Source: Candidatus Cryptobacteroides sp.
GTDB lineage: Bacteria > Bacteroidota > Bacteroidia > Bacteroidales > UBA932
Direction: 5' to 3'
Assembly (NCBI GenBank): GCA_051870095.1
Contig: JBJEBN010000115.1
Span: forward strand, 10,000 to 73,999
DNA: 64,000 nucleotides
Shown: piece by piece, positions 19,862-29,711 of the stretch
Position numbering within the stretch: the first letter of the stretch is position 1
How the letters are laid out: each line of letters begins with the position of its first letter
The notes under the pieces: generated by a model
Databases searched by the model: none
What the model was told of the DNA's origin: nothing
The model's input: only the letters and a program-made list of their open reading frames with translations
Program-made: the position numbers and the translations under genes

Positions 19862-20206
19862 ATGGCAGACAACGACTGGAAGAAAAGACTCGGTGTGGTG
19901 TTCTCCACCAACCCTGATTTCAAGTATGAGGAAGCAGAGGAAACCGGGCCGGAAACTCTCGAACCGTCAAGGCAGAACCTCATTGTAAGCATCGACAGGA
20001 AATGCCGTGCAGGCAAGCAGGTCACACTTGTTACCGGTTTCGTGGGCACTGATGACGACCTCGCCGACCTCGGAAGGACGCTGAAGGTGAAATGCGGGGT
20101 AGGGGGCAGTGCAAAGAACGGAGAAATCACCATCCAGGGGGATTTCCGTGACAGGGTGACTGCCATATTGAAGGAAATGGGCTACAAAGCCAAGAGAGGC
20201 AATTGA
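19862..20206 (+). CDS. Translation initiation factor SUI1/YciH
   Basis: MADNDWKKRLGVVFSTNPDF, RAGKQVTLV, LKVKCGVGGSAK, IQGDFRD. Start revised from 19832. Confidence 0.9.
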   Translation: MADNDWKKRLGVVFSTNPDFKYEEAEETGPETLEPSRQNLIVSIDRKCRAGKQVTLVTGFVGTDDDLADLGRTLKVKCGVGGSAKNGEITIQGDFRDRVTAILKEMGYKAKRGN

Positions 20207-21030
20207 CGACAACTATGACCGACAGCCTGACAACGATTCAGTCCGACACTCTTGCATCCATACCGGCCGACAGCCTGACGACTGTCCTGTGCGATGCTCC
20301 ATTGTCCGCCACGGAAGCAGTCCTTCCGGTGGACAGCGCTTTCGTGTCCGGATTATGCTGCCTGCCAAGCACGCCTCCTCCCGTTCCGGGAATGGCACAG
20401 GGAAGCAGTCTCACCGGAGACATACTCGCCATCGGTTCCCTGCTGCTTACTATCCTGCTGCTCAAGAAAATAGTGAACATCTTCCCATCCCTGATCGCCT
20501 GCGTGATGAGATGGAAGGAAAGCTGCAACCTCGAAGCAAGCGTGAAGCTCAGCCGTGACAGGGACATCATAGCATTCTCCATGTTCATACCATTCTGCCT
20601 GATAGTCGAGCATTTCCAGCTCTACCGGCCGGATTACATGGACAGCCTCAGGGAATCCCTCAGAATCGCTGCCACGGCAGCCACATTCGCGGCATACATT
20701 GGCATAAGACTTCTCGCCATCACAATCTGCCGTCCCAGGAAATCTTCCGTCAGGACATATTCCACCGGATGCAAGGCATCCGGATCATTCTTCATCCTGC
20801 TGACCTTCCTGCTGCTCATACTCGGAGGCATAAGCGGCTTCCTTGACATCAATCCGGAAGTCATCAAACCGGCAATGCTTTGGGTTTCAGCGGCGGTCTA
20901 TGCGCTGTTCATGCTTCGTTCGGTTCAAATTTTTGCTTCATCGTGCTCTCTTTTCACAGCTTTTTTGTACCTTTGCGCCCTTGAAATAGTGCCGACAGGC
21001 TTATTGGTAGGTTCTGTCTTTGTGTTTTAG
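20203..21030 (+). CDS. DUF4271-domain membrane protein
   Basis: Multiple TM helices, C-terminal FLYLCALEIVP, position upstream of hemD-rnpA-yidD. Start may be the TTG at 20203 or the ATG at 20215. Confidence 0.7.
   Translation: MTTTMTDSLTTIQSDTLASIPADSLTTVLCDAPLSATEAVLPVDSAFVSGLCCLPSTPPPVPGMAQGSSLTGDILAIGSLLLTILLLKKIVNIFPSLIACVMRWKESCNLEASVKLSRDRDIIAFSMFIPFCLIVEHFQLYRPDYMDSLRESLRIAATAATFAAYIGIRLLAITICRPRKSSVRTYSTGCKASGSFFILLTFLLLILGGISGFLDINPEVIKPAMLWVSAAVYALFMLRSVQIFASSCSLFTAFLYLCALEIVPTGLLVGSVFVF
20968..20975 (+). promoter_or_regulatory. Gene-internal -7 box, candidate promoter for hemD-rnpA-yidD-menG
   Basis: ttttttgTACCTTTGcgccc inside the 3' end of the DUF4271 gene. Confidence 0.4.
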
Positions 21031-21105
21031 CGGAGCCATGATTCCATGTGACATGAAAATCAAAGGTGACGAATTTTAACAAAACTATAGTTTGGAGTGT
21101 AAATA

Positions 21106-21849
21106 ATGAGCATACGAAAAATCCTGATTTCACAGCAGCAGCCGAAGACGGCTTCTCCATATGACATCATCGCGGAAAAATTCGGAGTCAGTTTCGACTT
21201 CAAGCCGTTTTTCAAGATGGAACCTCTCACATCCAGGGAGTTCCGTTCACAGAGGTTGAACATTCTGGACCACACGGCAATCATATTCTCCGCAAGGACC
21301 ACCATAGACGCATTCTTCCTGCTTTGCGAGGAGCTTCGTGTGAAAGTGCCGGAGACCATGAAATATTTCTGCACCACGGAAGCCGTTGCCAACTATCTCC
21401 AGAAACATATTGTATACAGGAAACGCAAGATATTCTTCGGAGACGGCACTCCGGAATCAATCATCAATCTCATAGGAACCAAGCACAAGGGAGAGAAATT
21501 CCTCATTGCGACATCCGAGTCTTCAAGCAAGGATGCCGTCACAAGGCTGTTCGAGAGCCAGTCTCTCTCATATGAGACCGCCGTGTTCGTGAAGCCTGTT
21601 CCCCAGGACCTCAAGGACGTGGATATGAAGGCATACGACATGATTGTCCTGTTCAACCCGGCCGATGTCAAGTCACTCTATGAGAATCATCCGGATTTCA
21701 CCCAGGGGGAGATAAAATTCGTTTCATACGGAAAATCCGTGGTCAAGTCCATGGAAGAGGCCGGTCTCAAGATTGAGATTTCCGCTCCGACACCCGAGGC
21801 GCCGTCCGTTGCCAAGGCACTTGAAATCTACCTTTCACACAACAACTGA
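21106..21849 (+). CDS. hemD: Uroporphyrinogen-III synthase-like protein
   Basis: MSIRKILISQ, DFKPFF, YLQKHIVYRKRKIFFG, F.PA.VKSL motifs of the Bacteroidetes HemD family. Confidence 0.8.
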   Translation: MSIRKILISQQQPKTASPYDIIAEKFGVSFDFKPFFKMEPLTSREFRSQRLNILDHTAIIFSARTTIDAFFLLCEELRVKVPETMKYFCTTEAVANYLQKHIVYRKRKIFFGDGTPESIINLIGTKHKGEKFLIATSESSSKDAVTRLFESQSLSYETAVFVKPVPQDLKDVDMKAYDMIVLFNPADVKSLYENHPDFTQGEIKFVSYGKSVVKSMEEAGLKIEISAPTPEAPSVAKALEIYLSHNN

Positions 21850-21855
21850 TACCGA

Positions 21856-22239
21856 ATGGATGAGAACATCCGCCATACCTTCACCAAGCAGGAAAGGCTT
21901 TGCGGCAAGACAAGCATAGAAAGGCTTCTTGCCGGGGGAAAGCGTGGCAGTTCAGGATGTCTCCGTTTCTGCTGGCTTGAGAACAAGGACAGCGGATGCA
22001 GCCGTATCATGATTTCCGTTCCGAAGAAATTCTTCAAGAGGGCGGTCAAGCGAAATCTTCTGAAACGCAGAATCAGGGAAAGCTGGCGCAGGAAGAAGCA
22101 TATGATTTCTGAAGGGAATGTCGATATAATGATTTCATATTCCACAAAGGAAATAATGGATTATGAGGCAATAGACCTTGCCGTAGGACAGATTGTAGGC
22201 AAAGTCTGCAAGGCTATGTCCTCATCTGCACGCAAATAG
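21856..22239 (+). CDS. rnpA: Ribonuclease P protein component
   Basis: [29 protein letters not shown] (RNR-like motif). Confidence 0.92.
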   Translation: MDENIRHTFTKQERLCGKTSIERLLAGGKRGSSGCLRFCWLENKDSGCSRIMISVPKKFFKRAVKRNLLKRRIRESWRRKKHMISEGNVDIMISYSTKEIMDYEAIDLAVGQIVGKVCKAMSSSARK

Positions 22240-22249
22240 GAGGTGGCAG

Positions 22250-22498
22250 ATGGACACAGATAGCATCATACGCTTCCTGAAGAAAGCTGCAATCTACCCT
22301 TTCATCATCCTCATCCGGTTCTACCAGCTGTGCATTTCTCCTTTGAAACCGCCAACCTGCCGGTTCACTCCTACCTGCTCGCAGTATGCTCTCGAAGCAT
22401 TCCGCAAACACGGACCGTTCAAGGGACTGTATCTGTCGGTACGCAGGATTCTGCGATGCCATCCATGGGGAGGCAGCGGATACGACCCTGTTCCATAA
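22250..22498 (+). CDS. yidD: Membrane protein insertion efficiency factor
   Basis: [38 protein letters not shown]. Confidence 0.93.
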   Translation: MDTDSIIRFLKKAAIYPFIILIRFYQLCISPLKPPTCRFTPTCSQYALEAFRKHGPFKGLYLSVRRILRCHPWGGSGYDPVP

Positions 22499-22510
22499 CA
22501 CATCAATAAA

Positions 22511-23263
22511 ATGGCCAAGAAAGAAAAAATAGAGGAATTGTTTGACGACATCGCTCCGGACTATGATTATCTGAACCACCTCCTTTCGCTCGACATAGAC
22601 AAGAAATGGAGGAAAAGGGCAGTACGCGAAATCATCGATACCGACTCTCCACAGAAGATTCTGGATGTTGCATGCGGAACAGGCGACTTCACTCTTGCCA
22701 TCGCACGCAAGGCCATGATGAAGCATGCGGACAACTCAGGATGCCACACTTCAATCACAGGCATAGACCTGTCGGAAGGCATGCTGGAAATCGGTCTTGC
22801 CAAGGTGAGCGAATCAGGATTCCACCCAGAGAACGAGGCAGGAAACGAATGCGTCACCATAGATCTTTGCAAAGGGGATTGCGAGGCCCTGTCTTTCCCG
22901 GACAAGAGCTTCGACCGCATCTCGGCAGGATTCGGGGTGCGCAATTTCGAACACCTTGAAACAGGACTCAGAGAGATGTTCCGGGTACTCAAGCCTGACG
23001 GAAAACTGGTCATCCTCGAGCTTTCAGTCCCCTCAAACCGCTTGCTCAGAGGCCTCTACAAAATGTATTTCCTACACATACTTCCGCATATCGGAGGCAA
23101 AATGTCCGGGAACAAGGGTGCCTACAGATACCTTCCGGCGTCAGTCCTGAACTTTCCCGGTCCTGACAGATTCAAGCAGATGCTCTACGAAGCAGGCTTC
23201 AGGACAGTGAGGCACAAGGCTCTGACATTCGGAATATGCCGTATGTACACGGCTGTCAGATAA
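22511..23263 (+). CDS. menG: Demethylmenaquinone methyltransferase (UbiE/MenG)
   Basis: FDDIAPDYDYLNHLLS, LDVACGTGD, GFGVRNF, RVLKPDG, AYRYLPASV. Confidence 0.93.
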   Translation: MAKKEKIEELFDDIAPDYDYLNHLLSLDIDKKWRKRAVREIIDTDSPQKILDVACGTGDFTLAIARKAMMKHADNSGCHTSITGIDLSEGMLEIGLAKVSESGFHPENEAGNECVTIDLCKGDCEALSFPDKSFDRISAGFGVRNFEHLETGLREMFRVLKPDGKLVILELSVPSNRLLRGLYKMYFLHILPHIGGKMSGNKGAYRYLPASVLNFPGPDRFKQMLYEAGFRTVRHKALTFGICRMYTAVR

Positions 23264-24164
23264 ACAGATAGACAAGAAATCCAAGACCGGCGAGAAGTGA
23301 CAGGAGGAATGTGGACATGACAAGAAGCGGGAGCGCCTTGTCGAGGGCCTGACCTAAATTCTTCCACACAATCACAAGATGCACCACATATAAAGGAAGG
23401 GTGAGCAGATACAGGAAATGCCATGGATCGAAAATTCTGAGACTGGCGAACACCGTCATTGCAGTCCATCCTAGCAGAATCAGCACCGTCTGATATATCT
23501 TCGCACCCCTCTCACCAAGCTTCATCGCTACGGTCACCCTGTTCAAGCGGTCAGATTCCATATCCCTGATATTGTTGACATTAAGCACGGCCATGCTGAA
23601 AAATCCGATTGCAGCCGCAGGAAGGAGCATGAGGAAGGTTCCGAACGAATGGGTCATTACGAAATAGGCTCCGAGCACCGACACGAAACCGAAGAAAATG
23701 AAAACATACAGGTCTCCCAGTCCCTTGTATCCGTAAGGGTTCTTTCCGAGGGTATATTTCATCGCTGCCTTTATGGAGAAGAAACCTATGATCATCAGCA
23801 CGAATGAATCGAGACAGAAAAGGGTCCCGTAGGAGAAGTGTATCATTGCAAGGCCGCATAGCACAGCCATCACCACCCAGAATATAACCATCCGCTTAAG
23901 ATCTTTCTCATCCATCTTTCCTTCAGCCAATGAAACAGAACAGTTTCGTCCCTGTCCCGATACGGTACCACGTTGGTAATCTCCAAGTTCGTTGCTTATG
24001 TTCGAGAGAATCTGGAGAGATGCGGCAGTGAGAATGATGAAGACGGCTGCAGCCATGCTTATATGATAGTCCGCAGCGGCGAGCATTATGCCGAGCATGA
24101 CACCCGAAAGAGACAGAGGCAGGGTGCGCAGCCTCATTGCTGACAGAATCAATCTTGGTTCCAT
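23256..24164 (-). CDS. menA: 1,4-dihydroxy-2-naphthoate polyprenyltransferase
   Basis: RLRTLPLS, SNISNELGD, YGYKGLGD, NNIRDMESD (UbiA family). Start revised from 24230. Confidence 0.9.
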   Translation of the reverse strand: MEPRLILSAMRLRTLPLSLSGVMLGIMLAAADYHISMAAAVFIILTAASLQILSNISNELGDYQRGTVSGQGRNCSVSLAEGKMDEKDLKRMVIFWVVMAVLCGLAMIHFSYGTLFCLDSFVLMIIGFFSIKAAMKYTLGKNPYGYKGLGDLYVFIFFGFVSVLGAYFVMTHSFGTFLMLLPAAAIGFFSMAVLNVNNIRDMESDRLNRVTVAMKLGERGAKIYQTVLILLGWTAMTVFASLRIFDPWHFLYLLTLPLYVVHLVIVWKNLGQALDKALPLLVMSTFLLSLLAGLGFLVYLFI

Positions 24165-24421
24165 TTCCGATAATTTTATATTCTTGACATGCTTTTTGTT
24201 TAAAATGGGCAAAAACCACCCGTAAAACAACGCAGAATAGGTAAAACAACACTAAAAACAACAACGGTAACAACTCCGCTTGATAAAATAAGAGCGACCT
24301 TTGCCTCCGGTTAAGAATCTTATTCGTCTCTTTCTGCGAATTCAAGGATATCTTGAAAATGTGTGCAATTCCTTTTTCTTGGATTCGACAGAGAGGCCTC
24401 AAATAAAAACACAATTGAGGT

Positions 24422-24460
24422 ATATAAAAAGGGAAGCCGTGACGGTTTCCCTTTTTATAT
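24422..24460. terminator. Bidirectional-type Rho-independent terminator downstream of lepA
   Basis: atataaaaagggaagccg-tga-cggtttccctttttatat; long stem with an A-tract and a T-tract on either side. Confidence 0.8.
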
Positions 24461-24462
24461 TT

Positions 24463-26250
24463 TTAATCGAGTTTGAGGACAGCCATGAAAGCACTCTGAG
24501 GAACTTCAACCGTACCGATCTGCCTCATTCTCTTCTTACCCTGTTTCTGCTTCTCGAGAAGCTTCCTCTTGCGGGATATGTCACCGCCGTAGCACTTCGC
24601 CGTCACATCCTTCCGGACTGCCTTGACGGTCTCCCTTGCGATGATCTTGGCTCCGACCGCAGCCTGGATTGCGATGTCGAACTGCTGGCGAGGGATAAGT
24701 TCCTTCAGTTTCTCGCACATCTTGCGTCCGAAATCGTAAGCATGGTCTGCATGGATCAATGTGGACAGGGCATCTGCCGGGTCACCGTTGAGCAATATGT
24801 CAAGTTTGACAAGCTTTGCCTCCTTGAAGCCAACCACATGATAGTCGAACGAAGCATATCCCTTCGATATCGATTTCAGTTTGTCATAGAAATCGAATAC
24901 GATTTCAGAAAGCGGCATCTCATACGTGAGCTCCAGACGGTCGGACGTCATGTAATGCTGGTTGATGAGCACTCCCCTCTTGTCGAGGCAGAGTTTCATG
25001 ATCGGGCCGTAATAATCGGCCTTCGAAATGACCTGGGCACGGATGTATGGTTCTTCGATATGTTCTATCAGGGTTGCAGGCGGAAGTCCTGAAGGGTTGT
25101 GGACATCCAGACATTCTCCCTGGGTCGTATATACCTTGTAAGAGACATTCGGAACCGTCGTGATGACATCCATATTGAACTCCCTGAAAAGCCTTTCCTG
25201 AACTATTTCGAGATGGAGCAGGCCGAGGAAACCGCAGCGGAAACCGAAACCGAGCGCGAGGGATGACTCCGGCTCGAACACGAACGAAGCGTCGTTGAGC
25301 TGGAACTTTTCCAAAGAAGCTCTCAGTTCCTCGTACTGGTCTGTCTCGACAGGATACATGCCCGCGAACACCATTGGCTTGACTTCCTCGAATCCCGCAA
25401 TCGCACTGCTGCACGGATTTGCGACATGTGTGATGGTGTCTCCCACCCTCACCTCGACAGCAGTCTTGATTCCGGATATGATATAGCCCACGCTTCCGCA
25501 TGGTATCTCGTCCCTCGGAGACATCTTCATTTTCAGGACACCGATTTCATCGGCGACATACTCCCTGCCAGTACTTACGAACTTTACCTTGTCACCGGGA
25601 TGGATAGAACCGTTGACAACCTTGAAATATGCGATGATTCCCCTGAAGGAATTGAATACGGAGTCGAAGATCAAGGCCTGCAGGGGAGCATCCGGATCAC
25701 CTTTCGGAGCCGGAACCCTCTCGACGATGGCGTCAAGAATCTCCTTCACGCCCTGTCCGGTCTTTCCGGAAGCAAGCAGAATGTCCTCAGGACTGCATCC
25801 GAGCAGATCCACCACCTGGTCGGTAACCACATCCACCATGGCAGAATCAACATCTATCTTGTTCAGCACCGGGATGATTTCAAGGTCATGCTCGAGAGCG
25901 AGATAGAGGTTGGATATAGTCTGTGCCTGGATACCTTGAGTCGCATCCACCACAAGCAGGGCACCCTCGCAGGAAGCGATGGCGCGGGAGACCTCATATG
26001 AGAAATCCACATGGCCCGGAGTATCGATAAGGTTTAGGACATACGGCTGTCCGTCATGAACGAAGTCCATCTGGATAGCATGGCTCTTGATGGTGATGCC
26101 TTTCTCCTTCTCCAGGTCCATGGAGTCAAGCACCTGATTCTCCATGTCACGTGCGGCAAGAGTGTTGGTGATTTCCAGCATCCTGTCTGCAAGCGTGCTC
26201 TTTCCGTGGTCGATATGGGCAATTATGCAAAAGTTTCTTGTATTCTTCAT
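24463..26250 (-). CDS. lepA: Elongation factor 4
   Basis: [53 protein letters not shown]. Start revised to MKNTRNF. Confidence 0.97.
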   Translation of the reverse strand: MKNTRNFCIIAHIDHGKSTLADRMLEITNTLAARDMENQVLDSMDLEKEKGITIKSHAIQMDFVHDGQPYVLNLIDTPGHVDFSYEVSRAIASCEGALLVVDATQGIQAQTISNLYLALEHDLEIIPVLNKIDVDSAMVDVVTDQVVDLLGCSPEDILLASGKTGQGVKEILDAIVERVPAPKGDPDAPLQALIFDSVFNSFRGIIAYFKVVNGSIHPGDKVKFVSTGREYVADEIGVLKMKMSPRDEIPCGSVGYIISGIKTAVEVRVGDTITHVANPCSSAIAGFEEVKPMVFAGMYPVETDQYEELRASLEKFQLNDASFVFEPESSLALGFGFRCGFLGLLHLEIVQERLFREFNMDVITTVPNVSYKVYTTQGECLDVHNPSGLPPATLIEHIEEPYIRAQVISKADYYGPIMKLCLDKRGVLINQHYMTSDRLELTYEMPLSEIVFDFYDKLKSISKGYASFDYHVVGFKEAKLVKLDILLNGDPADALSTLIHADHAYDFGRKMCEKLKELIPRQQFDIAIQAAVGAKIIARETVKAVRKDVTAKCYGGDISRKRKLLEKQKQGKKRMRQIGTVEVPQSAFMAVLKLD

Positions 26251-26269
26251 TGCAATCATATAATCCATG

Positions 26270-26299
26270 CAAAGATAAAGCAAATTTTTCGTACTTTTG
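26270..26299. promoter_or_regulatory. Back-to-back divergent -7 boxes (lepA / transketolase)
   Basis: caaagata at 26270-26277 (minus strand) and tacttttg at 26292-26299 (plus strand). Confidence 0.55.
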
Positions 26300-26347
26300 T
26301 AAAATTGAGTGAACACTGAAAATTTGAATACAATAAAGTACAAACCA

Positions 26348-27193
26348 ATGGTCAAGATTGAAGAATTGAAGCGTATATCCTCACAGGTCAGAAGGGATAT
26401 CGTCAGGATGGTGACTGGTGCAAAGTCCGGACATCCGGGAGGATCGATGAGCAGTGCGGATTTTCTCACAGCTCTTTATTTCGGAGTCATGAAACACGAT
26501 CCGCAGACATGGAGAAGGGACGGAAAAGGAATGGACATTTTCATTCTTTCCGCAGGTCACCTCACTCCGGTCTATTACTCTCTGCTCTCACGCTCAGGTT
26601 ATTTCCCTAAGGAAGAACTTGCGACATTCAGACAGTTCGGCTCCCGTCTGCAGGGACATCCATGCATCGAGAAGGGGCTTCCGGGAATATTCCAGGCTTC
26701 AGGTTCGCTCGGCCAGGGACTTTCCGCAGCACTCGGAGCAGCGCTCGGCAAGAAGCTGGACAAGGATGACAACAAGGTATATGTCATGATGGGCGACGGA
26801 GAATGCGAGGAAGGACAGATCTGGGAAGCGGCAATGTTCGCATCACACCACAGAGTTGACAACCTCATCGGAATGGTTGACTGGAACGGACAGCAGATCG
26901 ACGGCAAGATTGACGAAGTGGGAGGAGTCGGCGACCTCCAGGCCAAATGGAATGCGTTCGGATGGGACACCATCGTAGCAGACGGACACGATTTCGAAGC
27001 CATACTCGAAGCCTATGCAGAGGCCGGCAGGAGATGCGGCAACGGAAAACCAGTGATGATCCTGTTCCGCAGCGACATGGGACACGGCGTGGACTTCATG
27101 GCCGGAACCCACAAATGGCACGGCAAGGCCCCTTCACAGGAACAGTGCGAAGAAGCTCTCTCACAGCTCGAAGAGACTCTCGGCGATTATTAG
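26348..27193 (+). CDS. Transketolase, N-terminal (TPP-binding) subunit
   Basis: [48 protein letters not shown]. Start revised from 26309. Confidence 0.93.
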   Translation: MVKIEELKRISSQVRRDIVRMVTGAKSGHPGGSMSSADFLTALYFGVMKHDPQTWRRDGKGMDIFILSAGHLTPVYYSLLSRSGYFPKEELATFRQFGSRLQGHPCIEKGLPGIFQASGSLGQGLSAALGAALGKKLDKDDNKVYVMMGDGECEEGQIWEAAMFASHHRVDNLIGMVDWNGQQIDGKIDEVGGVGDLQAKWNAFGWDTIVADGHDFEAILEAYAEAGRRCGNGKPVMILFRSDMGHGVDFMAGTHKWHGKAPSQEQCEEALSQLEETLGDY

Positions 27194-27218
27194 TCCCATC
27201 ATAAATTTCATTTAGACT

Positions 27219-28181
27219 ATGGCAAAGAAATATACAAATACAGGCAACAAAGACACACGAAGCGGTTTCGGCGCAGGACTTCTCGAGGCCGGAAGGCAGG
27301 ACAGCAGGGTAATTGCCCTCACGGCAGACCTCGTCGGATCCCTGAAGATGGACGCATTCGTCAAGGAATTTCCTGAAAGATTCGTGCAGTGCGGTATCGC
27401 TGAGGCCAACATGATAGGCGTGGCGGCAGGTCTTGCAATCACAGGAAAGATTCCTTTCGCAGGTTCCTTCGCAGAATTCGTAACCGGAAGGGTATATGAC
27501 CAGGTCAGACAGGAAGTAGCCTACGGCCGCACCAACGTGAAAATCGCATCATCTCACGCAGGCATAACTCTCGGAGAAGACGGAGCCACACACCAGACCA
27601 TGGAGGACATAGCTCTCATGAGGGCTCTTCCGGGAATGGTTGTGATCAACCCATGCGACTACAACCAGTGCAAGGCTGCAACGATTGCAGCTGCAAAATA
27701 CGAAGGACCTGTGTATCTAAGATTCGGCAGGCCTTCAATGCCGAACTTCACTCCAGAGGACCAGGAATTCGCCATCGGTAAGGCAATATGCATGAGCGAG
27801 GGAAGTGATGTGACCATATTCGCAACAGGACACCTCGTATGGGAATCCCTTGAAGCAGCGCAGATTCTCGAAGGCGAGGGCATTTCTGCCGAAGTTATCG
27901 ACATCGCAACCATCAAACCGCTTGACACCGAGGCTGTCATTGCATCGGTCAGAAAGACAGGAGCTGCAGTATGCGCCGAAGAGCACAATGTATGCGGAGG
28001 TCTCGGAGAACTCATTGCCGGCGTGCTCGCAGGGTCTCTTCCTACACCAGTGGAATTCATAAACGGAGGTGACCAGTTCGGACAGAGCGGAACCCCGGCA
28101 AGGCTGCTCCAGGAATACGGCATGGATGCCGCTCACATTGCCGAAGCTGCAAAAAAGGCTGTCGCACGCAAGAATGCGTAA
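27219..28181 (+). CDS. Transketolase, C-terminal subunit
   Basis: GIAEANMIG, GEDGATHQ, GPVYLRFGR, IKPLD, EEHNVCGGLG. Confidence 0.93.
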   Translation: MAKKYTNTGNKDTRSGFGAGLLEAGRQDSRVIALTADLVGSLKMDAFVKEFPERFVQCGIAEANMIGVAAGLAITGKIPFAGSFAEFVTGRVYDQVRQEVAYGRTNVKIASSHAGITLGEDGATHQTMEDIALMRALPGMVVINPCDYNQCKAATIAAAKYEGPVYLRFGRPSMPNFTPEDQEFAIGKAICMSEGSDVTIFATGHLVWESLEAAQILEGEGISAEVIDIATIKPLDTEAVIASVRKTGAAVCAEEHNVCGGLGELIAGVLAGSLPTPVEFINGGDQFGQSGTPARLLQEYGMDAAHIAEAAKKAVARKNA

Positions 28182-28190
28182 ACAGGCCTG

Positions 28191-28730
28191 ATGACTGACC
28201 GTGAAATCATAAAGCTGTACAAGGAGGGCTCCTGCGAAGAGGCTTTCAACCATATCGTGGAGCAATATACGGAAAGGCTTTACTGGCATGTCCGCCGCTT
28301 CCTTTGCAGCCATGAGGACACGAACGACCTTCTTCAGGAAATATTCATAAAGATATGGGCTGCGCTTCCATCTTTCAGAGGGGAGGCGCAGCTTTATACT
28401 TGGATATACAGGATTGCCACGAACGAAGTCCTCAATTTCCTAAGAAAACAGAAGTTCAAGGCCCTGGTTTCACTGCAGGACGCAGGAGGGATGCTCGAAA
28501 GGAAAATAGACGAGGATGCCAGTTTCAACGGCAACGCCTTGCAGAGAGAGCTGCACAAGGCCATCCAGAGGCTGCCCGAGAAACAGAGGGTTGTTTTCAA
28601 CCTGAGGTATTTCGACGAAATGAAATACGAAGACATTTCGGAGGTCACCGGGACATCAGTCGGGGCTTTGAAAGCCTCATATCATCATGCCTACAACAAA
28701 ATCAAGGAAGAACTCGAAAAACATTTTTAA
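28191..28730 (+). CDS. ECF RNA polymerase sigma factor
   Basis: DLLQEIFIKIW, TWIYRIATN (region 2); LPEKQRVVFNLRY...GTSVGALKASYHHA (region 4). Confidence 0.93.
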   Translation: MTDREIIKLYKEGSCEEAFNHIVEQYTERLYWHVRRFLCSHEDTNDLLQEIFIKIWAALPSFRGEAQLYTWIYRIATNEVLNFLRKQKFKALVSLQDAGGMLERKIDEDASFNGNALQRELHKAIQRLPEKQRVVFNLRYFDEMKYEDISEVTGTSVGALKASYHHAYNKIKEELEKHF

Positions 28731-28757
28731 CTTTCGGCGTTTTTCTGTGTCTAACAA

Positions 28758-29162
28758 ATGTTTGAAAGATTATATATGGAATACGGGAAAGATATTCTGG
28801 CCGAAGATAAAGGATTGAAGACCATGCCGTTCAGCGTACCTGAGGGCTATTTCGAATCCTTCAGGCAAAAGGCCATGTCCGCCAGGGAGCCTGAAGCAGG
28901 CCCATGGCGGAAGATTTATCCTGTCCTTGCCATGGCTGCAATGTTCCTTATCATGGTTACAGCCGGAACATTCTTCCTGAGGACATCCACACCGTCGGAG
29001 GGAATGAGCATGGAAGACTATCTGGTATGCTCCGGACTTGAGACATCCCCATCGGCATACAGTACATATGAGACACAGATTGCCGACGCGGAAATCAGCG
29101 GTGACGACATAGTGCAGTACCTTATATATATGGGAGTGGAAGCCGAGAACCTCGGCAATTGA
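28758..29162 (+). CDS. Putative anti-sigma factor (single TM)
   Basis: N-terminal PFSVPEGYFESF, central TM VLAMAAMFLIMVTAGTFF, directly downstream of the ECF gene. Confidence 0.55.
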   Translation: MFERLYMEYGKDILAEDKGLKTMPFSVPEGYFESFRQKAMSAREPEAGPWRKIYPVLAMAAMFLIMVTAGTFFLRTSTPSEGMSMEDYLVCSGLETSPSAYSTYETQIADAEISGDDIVQYLIYMGVEAENLGN

Positions 29163-29205
29163 CAATCAGAGAACAACAGCCTCAGGCTGATAAAATATCC
29201 AAGCA

Positions 29206-29709
29206 ATGAAACTGACAATCAAAGCAATAGCATCGATTCTCATAGCACTGGGAATGATACAGGCCACTGACATCCTCGCAGAGACCGGCAGCTCGCAGCC
29301 ATTCCGGGGAGAAGAATGGAAACAGAAGATGATGAGCGAAAAGATTGCATTCCTCACCACCGAACTCAACATTACTCCTGAAGAGGCACAGATTTTCTGG
29401 CCTGTCTACAATCAGGTCTGGAAAGAAAAGGACGAAGCCATGGAAGCAGTCTTCAAAAGCGGAAAGGCACTTTCCGATGCAGTGGAATCCGGAAAGTCAG
29501 AAAAGGAAATCGCAAAATGCCTTGACGCATATCTGAAAGCCCAGGAGAGGCAGCGGGCTCTGGACACCGGAGCACCGGAGCGCTTCAAGGCCGTGTTGCC
29601 TGTGGAAAAGGTTGCAAGGCTCTATATTGCCGAAGAGAAATTCAGGAGACAGCAGATACACAAGCTCCACGGCAAGCAAGAAGGCCCGGAAGGAGGTTCG
29701 AAAAGATAG
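29206..29709 (+). CDS. Secreted Spy/CpxP-like helical protein
   Basis: Signal peptide, EKIAFLTTELNITPEEAQIFWPVYN (LTxxE/Q-like), KVARLYIAEEKFR. Confidence 0.6.
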   Translation: MKLTIKAIASILIALGMIQATDILAETGSSQPFRGEEWKQKMMSEKIAFLTTELNITPEEAQIFWPVYNQVWKEKDEAMEAVFKSGKALSDAVESGKSEKEIAKCLDAYLKAQERQRALDTGAPERFKAVLPVEKVARLYIAEEKFRRQQIHKLHGKQEGPEGGSKR

Positions 29710-29711
29710 AA

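Noticed and set aside
24376-24395. ggattcgacag resembling a tmRNA 5' motif
   Set aside because: Lacks the GGGG acceptor start, and there is no room for a tag ORF or a tRNA-like 3' end.
24301-25092. 263-aa plus-strand ORF antisense to lepA
   Set aside because: Shadow of a highly conserved gene, with no recognisable motifs; such open antisense frames follow from codon bias.
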